The translations under genes and the position numbers were made by a program. The notes under the pieces were generated by a model. The model did no database searches. It saw only the letters and a program-made list of their open reading frames with translations, and had not been told where the DNA came from. Shown here piece after piece: positions 57,873-64,000 of a DNA stretch of 64,000 nucleotides. Positions within the stretch are counted from its first letter, which is position 1. The number at the start of each line of letters is the position of its first letter. The DNA comes from a virus. The stretch is taken from the IMG/VR virus record IMGVR_UViG_3300036770_005084, positions 91,232 through 155,231 of that record. One strand, written 5' to 3'.

Positions 57873-59018
57873 ATGCCTACTTTTTATCACTATACTCAGA
57901 ATGGGTCAAAATATTCCTTTGATGATGTCTTTGTACCTGCTCATGCTTTTAGGCAAGGAAACTTATGGATTTCTGGAAATGGTTGTGGAGACAATACTTC
58001 AATTAGTAGATCCACTCCAGTCACTACATTCGCAGGAGGAGCAAACTGGAAACAAGTTTCTTGTAATTTTATAGATTGTGCAATTAAAACTGATGGAACT
58101 TTATGGGTTTGGAGTGGTATAATACTTGGAACTAATAATACAATTAATAGATCTACACCAGTTACTACATTTGCAGGAGGAACTAATTGGAAACAAGTTT
58201 CTTCTGGATATTATCATACATCAGCAATTAAAACCGATGGGACATTATGGATTTGGGGGGATAATTCGTATGCAATAATTGGAACAAACGATACAAGTAA
58301 TAAATTGACTCCAGTAACTACATTTGCAGGAGGAACCAACTGGAAACAAGTTTCTTGTGGAGGATATCATACAGCAGCAATCAAGACTGATGGAACTTTA
58401 TGGGTGTGGGGAAGAAATAATAGAGGTCAGTTAGGAAAATCTGGAGGAGGAACAGCAAGTACTCCAGTAACTACATTTGCAGGAGGAAATAATTGGAAAC
58501 AAGTTGCTTCTGGATATGAACATATAGCAGCAATCAAGACTGATGGAACTTTATGGACTTGGGGATATAATCCTGGTGGACAACTAGGAGATAACTCAAT
58601 AACTTCTAAAAATACTCCAGTAACAACATTTGCGGGAGGAAATAACTGGAAACAAGTTGCCTGTGGACGCCGACATACTGCAGCAATCAAGACTGATGGA
58701 ACATTATGGATCTGGGGAAGAAATGATACTACTGGAGCTTTAGGAACAAATAATCTAATTAATAGATCTACACCAGTTACTACATTTGCAGGAGGAAATA
58801 ACTGGAAACAAGTTGCTTGCTTTGATAGTACTGCAGCAATCAAGACTGATGGAACTTTATGGGTTTGGGGACGTAATAATAACGGACAATTGGGAATTAA
58901 TAATACAATTAGTAGATCTACACCAGTCACCACATTCATAGGAGGAGCAACCTGGAAACAAGTTGATATCGGACCAACAACCTTTATGGCAACCACATAC
59001 ATAGACGATTATATCTAA
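57873..59018 (+). CDS. RCC1-repeat beta-propeller protein 3
   Basis: 7 RCC1 repeats. Confidence 0.9.
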   Translation: MPTFYHYTQNGSKYSFDDVFVPAHAFRQGNLWISGNGCGDNTSISRSTPVTTFAGGANWKQVSCNFIDCAIKTDGTLWVWSGIILGTNNTINRSTPVTTFAGGTNWKQVSSGYYHTSAIKTDGTLWIWGDNSYAIIGTNDTSNKLTPVTTFAGGTNWKQVSCGGYHTAAIKTDGTLWVWGRNNRGQLGKSGGGTASTPVTTFAGGNNWKQVASGYEHIAAIKTDGTLWTWGYNPGGQLGDNSITSKNTPVTTFAGGNNWKQVACGRRHTAAIKTDGTLWIWGRNDTTGALGTNNLINRSTPVTTFAGGNNWKQVACFDSTAAIKTDGTLWVWGRNNNGQLGINNTISRSTPVTTFIGGATWKQVDIGPTTFMATTYIDDYI

Positions 59019-59033
59019 ATTATTTTATTCATT

Positions 59034-59816
59034 ATGAAAACATTATTCTTTCTTTCCGGTCTTCCAAGATCAGGTTCTACATTACTTGGATCTATTCTTT
59101 CACAACATCCAAAGTTACAAGCAACTCCAACATCACCACTTGCAGATTTGCTTTGTTGGATTGATGAAGGTTTCTCTAAACTAGATCTTCAATACACTTA
59201 TGATAAACAAAATATCACATATAATACTTATAATTCAATTCTAGAAAATTTTTATAATCACATAGAGAAACCTTGTATTCTAGATAAACATCGTGGTTGG
59301 TGTAAGAATGTACCTTCTATTGAAAAGTTTCTACATCAAACTCCAAAAATTATAGCAACCAATCGTAGAATCAGTGAAGTTCTTTCTTCTTATATTCTAC
59401 TCATTCAAAGAAATAATGAAAGAGATAATTTTATAGATGCTCATTTAAGAAGAGAAGGTAAATTAATTACAATAGATAATCGTATTGAATGTCTTTGGAA
59501 AAATTATGTATGTGATCCTTATGAAAGTTTGGTATATGGACTTCAACATAATTCACAAAATATTCATCTAGTGGATTATAATGAACTTATGCAAAAACCA
59601 GAAAAAACTATTGAAAAAATATATGAATTTTTAGAGATAGATTCTTATCAACACGATTTTTCTCACATTCTAAATACTTGTGCAGAAGACAAGGATTATG
59701 CCTGGGGTATTGATAATCTTCATAAAATAAGACCGAAACTTCAAAGAACTTCACCTCCTCCCGAAGAAGTGATTGGTGAAGAAAATGTAAAACTTTATGA
59801 TAAATTCAATATATGA
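59034..59816 (+). CDS. sulfotransferase family protein
   Basis: GLPRSGSTLL PAPS-binding motif; Y..L...PE......IY.FL. Confidence 0.85.
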   Translation: MKTLFFLSGLPRSGSTLLGSILSQHPKLQATPTSPLADLLCWIDEGFSKLDLQYTYDKQNITYNTYNSILENFYNHIEKPCILDKHRGWCKNVPSIEKFLHQTPKIIATNRRISEVLSSYILLIQRNNERDNFIDAHLRREGKLITIDNRIECLWKNYVCDPYESLVYGLQHNSQNIHLVDYNELMQKPEKTIEKIYEFLEIDSYQHDFSHILNTCAEDKDYAWGIDNLHKIRPKLQRTSPPPEEVIGEENVKLYDKFNI

Positions 59817-60499
59817 TTGAAGTATTTTTAAGACATTGTTATACATCCAAAGTTAATCTTTCTGGAGCAAATCGTCCAGATTGGTGGGATAAGGAAAAAG
59901 TATTCCAGAATTTCAAGAATACTCTGAATCCAGAAACTACCAACTACACAATCATATTTGATGAGTGTTATGGAAAGAAAGAAGATACTTTCCTTAAAGA
60001 TGAAGGGACAATTACAATTAACTGTGGAAAAGAAAGTGAAAGTTTTTGTAAAACATTAGATCATATTCTTTCCCAAGACTTTGATGATGACACAATCATT
60101 TATTTTCTTGAGGATGATTATGTACACCGTCCAGGATGGGATAAAGTTCTCATAGATGCATTTACCCTTCCAGTTCAGTATGCAACCTTGTACGACCACG
60201 GAGATAAGTATCAGGAGATGTATAAGGACTTTATGACTAAGGTTCTGGCAACAAAATATTCTCATTGGATGCCTACTCCTTCAACAACAAATACCTTTGC
60301 AGTAAAGTTCAAGACACTCAAAGAAGATCAAGAAATTCATAGACACTTCTCAACAGGATACGAACCTTCTGCAGATCACGGTAAATTTATTGAACTACAT
60401 AAGAAAGGAAGAAATTTAATATCAAGTATTCCTGGTTATTCTACACACTGTCATTCACAATTTTTATCACCCTGTATTGATTGGAGCACTTACTTATGA
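59813..60499 (+). CDS. putative glycosyltransferase (GT2-like)
   Basis: IYFLEDDYVH motif; PG.STH. Confidence 0.6.
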   Translation: MIEVFLRHCYTSKVNLSGANRPDWWDKEKVFQNFKNTLNPETTNYTIIFDECYGKKEDTFLKDEGTITINCGKESESFCKTLDHILSQDFDDDTIIYFLEDDYVHRPGWDKVLIDAFTLPVQYATLYDHGDKYQEMYKDFMTKVLATKYSHWMPTPSTTNTFAVKFKTLKEDQEIHRHFSTGYEPSADHGKFIELHKKGRNLISSIPGYSTHCHSQFLSPCIDWSTYL

Positions 60500-61167
60500 A
60501 AAATCATCCTGTAAATGAAACTGAATACTTTAAAGTCATTAAAGGACTTGTAGAAGGTTTACATAAATCTGGAATGCTTGAGGCAGGTTCTGGATATTGT
60601 TTAAGTATGAGTGATATTGTACTTAAACTTTTACATAAAGAAGGAATTAAATCAAGATTGATTGAGTGTAATTTAATGGTTACACTTAAAGATCCTCCAG
60701 GAATGTATCTAATGGGATATCCTGGATTTACTGGTAATAATTATGACTCAGAAAAAATGATGCAAACTCATGTTGTTTGTGTCACCGAAACTGAAATTCC
60801 AATTTTGATTGATTTGAGTATTTCTCATATTGATAAAAAAATTGACTACATTTGTGCTCCAATTATTAAAAACTTTGATCATACAAATCTTGTAGAGTAT
60901 GATTTTGAAACAAGCACTTGGACTTATACTGAAAAAAGAGACACTGATATTGAACTACCAAAACTTCATCAAAAAAGTATTTTGGATAGAATTAGAACAG
61001 ATCAAAAAGTAGATAAGGAAATTAATTTTATTAAAACTTTATTAATTGTTCTATTCTGTGTATCTTCTACTAATTTTATTCGTGGTTCTTATGACTTCTA
61101 TCAAAAGTATGTTAATAAAACAAATGGATTTGGACCTCATAAAATTGAATATGTAGGTGATAAGTGA
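60496..61167 (+). CDS. hypothetical protein with a transglutaminase/papain-like Cys-His-Asp arrangement and a C-terminal TM segment
   Basis: GYCLSMS...L...GI.SRL; THVV; LIDLS; ATG at 60496 preferred. Confidence 0.45.
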   Translation: MKNHPVNETEYFKVIKGLVEGLHKSGMLEAGSGYCLSMSDIVLKLLHKEGIKSRLIECNLMVTLKDPPGMYLMGYPGFTGNNYDSEKMMQTHVVCVTETEIPILIDLSISHIDKKIDYICAPIIKNFDHTNLVEYDFETSTWTYTEKRDTDIELPKLHQKSILDRIRTDQKVDKEINFIKTLLIVLFCVSSTNFIRGSYDFYQKYVNKTNGFGPHKIEYVGDK

Positions 61168-61168
61168 T

Positions 61169-62704
61169 ATGAAAGTGACATTATACGCAATCGCAAAGAA
61201 CGAAGAAAAGAATATTGAAAAGTTTCTCAAGAATGCAGAGAAGTTTGATGATGTTGTTGTAGTTGATACTGGAAGTACAGATGATACAGTTCAACTGCTG
61301 AAGGATGCTGGTATTAAAGTTTATGAGCATCCACAAACTCGTGAAGAGTTTGATTTTTCAGTTGCAAGAAATCAGGCACTTTTTTATGTAGAAACTGATT
61401 GGGCATTTGCACTTGATTTTAATGAGGATGTTGATGAGTTTCATCCAGAAGGATTTGGTGTAATTGCAGATGAATTCACTACATTCCGTCATTTAAGATA
61501 TGATGATAATGGAACTGATGAACCTGTCCAATCTAACGAGGTTCATACTCGTTTTCATAGAACCAAGAATTATACTTGGGTAAATGCAGTTCATGAGGTT
61601 CCAAATTTTATTCCAACAGAGGAATATCCTAATGAAGTTAGTGTAGATACTACTATTAAGATTACAAAGAAAATTCATAAAACCATAGACAAAGAATTAT
61701 TTTATTTCAGTATTTGTGAAAGAGAGCATAAAAAAGATCCAACTAACTGGTATTGGATTTGGTTTATCTTTAATCATTACTTCAAAGTTCAAAATACAGA
61801 GAAGGCACTTGAGTATGGGCAAGAGTTTTTGAATGTATCTAAACCATATTTTGATAGTTTTAGAATTCTTGCATTTATCCGTTGTAGTCAGATTCTATTA
61901 AGTATTGGTGATACCCAAAGAGGAATGAATTATGCCTTCCATGCACTCAGTGAAGGTATGAATATGGGTGGTTCTCATTTTTCTCAAGCATTTGGATATT
62001 TGTTTGAACTTTCTAAGAGATTGAATAATCCCAATCTTACAATTTTTACTACAGGATTCAATCCTAATATGGCATCCACATCAGAAAGACTTCAAGCAAT
62101 TGATAGATTATTTTTAACTAATCTTGATGATGTTCCCACTTGTTGGAGAGGTCATCGTAAATTTGCTGAATGGTTGGTTACTTCTATCAAACCAGAAGTA
62201 ACTGTAGATCTTGGAGTTGATAAAGGTTTTTCTACTTTCTCTTTTGCTATGCCTCGTATTGGTCATGTTTATGGTATTGATACTTTTGAAGGTGATCGAT
62301 TTACAGGAAAACTTCATGATGCTTATGAATTTGTTTTATATAAGCAAGAAAAGTTATTGATGAGAGATAATGTAACCTTTATCAAAGGACTCTTTGATGA
62401 CGTTGCAAAAACTTGGGATAAGCAAATTGATATTCTTCATATTGATGGTGATCATGCTTATGAATCAGTCAAACACGATTATGAAACTTGGAGTCCATTT
62501 GTAAAAGAAAATGGTGTGATACTATTCCATGATACCTGTGTCGAGGAATTGAATGGAACTTTTTATGGAGTAAAGAAATTCTTTGATGAACTAGATCTTC
62601 CTAAAATTACATTTACTCATACTTTTGGTCTTGGTGTTGCATCTAAAAATAAAGAATTGATTGAATTTGTTAAGAATAATTTTGATCTTGATAATCCATT
62701 ATGA
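61169..62704 (+). CDS. GT2-TPR glycosyltransferase fused to a class I methyltransferase (Methyltransf_24-like)
   Basis: IAKNEE, VVVDTGSTDDT, DFSVARN, W...VHE; DLGV.KG.ST, IDILHIDGDH.YE.V..D, G..LFHD. Confidence 0.8.
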   Translation: MKVTLYAIAKNEEKNIEKFLKNAEKFDDVVVVDTGSTDDTVQLLKDAGIKVYEHPQTREEFDFSVARNQALFYVETDWAFALDFNEDVDEFHPEGFGVIADEFTTFRHLRYDDNGTDEPVQSNEVHTRFHRTKNYTWVNAVHEVPNFIPTEEYPNEVSVDTTIKITKKIHKTIDKELFYFSICEREHKKDPTNWYWIWFIFNHYFKVQNTEKALEYGQEFLNVSKPYFDSFRILAFIRCSQILLSIGDTQRGMNYAFHALSEGMNMGGSHFSQAFGYLFELSKRLNNPNLTIFTTGFNPNMASTSERLQAIDRLFLTNLDDVPTCWRGHRKFAEWLVTSIKPEVTVDLGVDKGFSTFSFAMPRIGHVYGIDTFEGDRFTGKLHDAYEFVLYKQEKLLMRDNVTFIKGLFDDVAKTWDKQIDILHIDGDHAYESVKHDYETWSPFVKENGVILFHDTCVEELNGTFYGVKKFFDELDLPKITFTHTFGLGVASKNKELIEFVKNNFDLDNPL

Positions 62705-63066
62705 AAGTAGTAGTTCCTATATCAGTTGGTGAACTTTTAGATAAAATATCTATTTTAGAAATAAAATCTATATTTACTGATAATAAATATGTTAAAAAAG
62801 AACTTGAAGACCTTAATCAAATTAAATATACTATAACATATTATACTGAACATTACATGAATCAGTTGCGAGAAGTCAATCAAAAACTTTGGAAAATTGA
62901 AGATAGACTGAGAGTTCTTGAAAGGGAACAAAGATTTGATAATGAATTTATTGAACTTGCTCGAAGTGTTTATATACTAAACGACCAAAGATCGGAAATT
63001 AAAAGAAAAATCAACGAAGAAACTAATTCCATATATAAAGAGGTTAAAACTTATGGACATGACTGA
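62701..63066 (+). CDS. DUF6165-like protein
   Basis: PIS.GELLDKISILEIK, L..VN..LW.IED..R, F.ELARSVY..ND.R..IKR.IN. Confidence 0.75.
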   Translation: MKVVVPISVGELLDKISILEIKSIFTDNKYVKKELEDLNQIKYTITYYTEHYMNQLREVNQKLWKIEDRLRVLEREQRFDNEFIELARSVYILNDQRSEIKRKINEETNSIYKEVKTYGHD

Positions 63067-63277
63067 TCAACAAAAGCATCTTGAATCTGCAATTCAAAAT
63101 CAAACTAAACTTATTGAAGAATTTAATAATCTTAATACTGAAATAAGTACAAAAAGAGAACAAATATTAAAATATCAAGGAATTATTGAGTATCTATCTG
63201 AAATCCTTCCTAAAGATATTAAAAAAGAAGAAGGATCTTTAGATACTAATAACTTATCTTCAAACCTGACAGAGTGA
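63053..63277 (+). CDS. small coiled-coil hypothetical protein
   Basis: 74 aa; K.QGIIEYL. Confidence 0.6.
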   Translation: MDMTDQQKHLESAIQNQTKLIEEFNNLNTEISTKREQILKYQGIIEYLSEILPKDIKKEEGSLDTNNLSSNLTE

Positions 63278-63306
63278 TCCTACTTATTTTTTAATTACTT
63301 GTCAAG

Positions 63307-63335
63307 TTGACATATAAAATTTAATAGATTATAAT
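63307..63335 (+). promoter_or_regulatory. perfect sigma70 consensus promoter
   Basis: TTGACA 63307-12, N17, TATAAT 63330-35. Confidence 0.85.
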
Positions 63336-63341
63336 GGTAAA

Positions 63342-63439
63342 GTCTTCAATATCTTTGCGACTTTGAGATATTAAGACCCGTCTAAGGTGGTGGACGGTTT
63401 AACTGGTGGAACATTGGGGGTCTTCTGACCCCTTTTTTT
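63342..63439 (+). ncRNA. candidate small RNA (about 100 nt, three stem-loops)
   Basis: bounded by a consensus promoter and a terminator; no ORF; two TGGTGGA copies. Confidence 0.55.
63417..63439 (+). terminator. intrinsic terminator
   Basis: GGGGTC-ttct-GACCCC followed by T7. Confidence 0.85.
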
Positions 63440-63473
63440 CTGCTATGATGAACGGAGTTCAAAAGCATACCAG

Positions 63474-64000
63474 ATGTCCGTTAACCTAGAAGTCAAAGGT
63501 TCTCTTGCCAAATGTCTGGCAACTGAGAATCTGATTATCGAACACAAGAAAGTTCCGACTGCGATGTTCGATGTAGACCGTCGTGTGCTGACTCTTCCTA
63601 CTTGGGATAAAGCATCTGCGACTGTCTATGACCTTCTGGTAGGACACGAAGTTGGACACGCACTGTTCACCGATAATATCGACTGGACTGTAGATTATCC
63701 TGAAGTTCCGAAAGACTTCGTGAATGTTCTTGAGGATGTTCGTGTTGAACGTCTGATGAAGAAAAAGTATCCTGGTCTGTCTCGGACTTTTTACAATGGT
63801 TATAATGAATTGAATTCTGATGATTTCTTTTCAACCAAGGAAGAGAACCTGGATGAACTGACTTTCATTGACAGAATCAATCTTTACTATAAGATTGGAG
63901 CATTTCATAACATTGCTTTCTCTGATGAAGAGAATGAGTTTCTGACTCGTGCAATTCAGACTGAAACTTTTGATGAAGTGTTGCAACTTTCTCGGGAGAT
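63474..64000 (+). CDS. HEXXH metallopeptidase-like cyanophage protein (partial, runs off the window)
   Basis: MSVNLEVKGSLAKCLATENL...LLVGHEVGHALFT...NVLEDVRVE; extended -10 TGCTATGAT at 63441-49. Confidence 0.75.
   Translation, partial: MSVNLEVKGSLAKCLATENLIIEHKKVPTAMFDVDRRVLTLPTWDKASATVYDLLVGHEVGHALFTDNIDWTVDYPEVPKDFVNVLEDVRVERLMKKKYPGLSRTFYNGYNELNSDDFFSTKEENLDELTFIDRINLYYKIGAFHNIAFSDEENEFLTRAIQTETFDEVLQLSRE

Noticed and set aside
50507-59018. Regularly spaced near-identical DNA repeats resembling a CRISPR array
   Set aside because: The period is about 156 nt, in frame, and encodes RCC1 blades; no cas operon is present
46449-59018. Diversity-generating retroelement (Mtd-like N-termini, variable repeats)
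   Set aside because: No reverse transcriptase and no non-coding template repeat with adenine-specific differences in this window
63275-63291. 16/17-type match TGATCCTAC(T/A)TATTTT to the end of RCC1 gene 1 (about 51676)
   Set aside because: Short and AT-rich; cannot be distinguished from chance and shows no att-like context
1-64000. tRNA or rRNA genes, transposases, integrases
   Set aside because: No cloverleaf/T-loop pattern in the intergenic gaps and no recombinase motifs recognised by eye; a tRNAscan-SE run would confirm

Overview
A 64-kb segment of a T4-like cyanophage (cyanomyovirus) genome; a freshwater Synechococcus/Cyanobium-type host is plausible but only inferred. From 5' to 3' it holds: psbA with a dual early/late promoter; a first glycan-modification island (3.0-8.9 kb); core genes (glutaredoxin, speD, thyX, phoH, exonuclease, g33, g59, g32); the baseplate/tail module (g53, g48, g2, g4, g54, g26, g51, two tape-measure-like proteins, hub, split g5); very large fibre genes (a 1761-aa beta-helix fibre, a 1478-aa protein with 18 x 45-nt repeats, two Gln-rich collagen-like fibres); three RCC1 beta-propeller paralogues interleaved with a second modification island (53.6-63.1 kb); a candidate stand-alone sRNA; and the start of a HEXXH peptidase-like gene. 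The four most notable observations are: (1) two phycobiliprotein-like CxRD domains inside the 1478-aa virion protein; (2) a nitrogen-sensing cassette missed by the ORF track (NtcA box over a -10 element, glutamine riboswitch, DUF4278 microprotein, 33-aa ORF, terminator); (3) a possible fibre glycosylation and decoration system next to Thr/Gln-rich collagen fibres and RCC1 adhesin candidates; (4) a promoter- and terminator-bounded ~100-nt RNA, plus a 23-nt leader duplicated before two fibre genes. All family assignments come from motif recognition by eye; no database searches were run.
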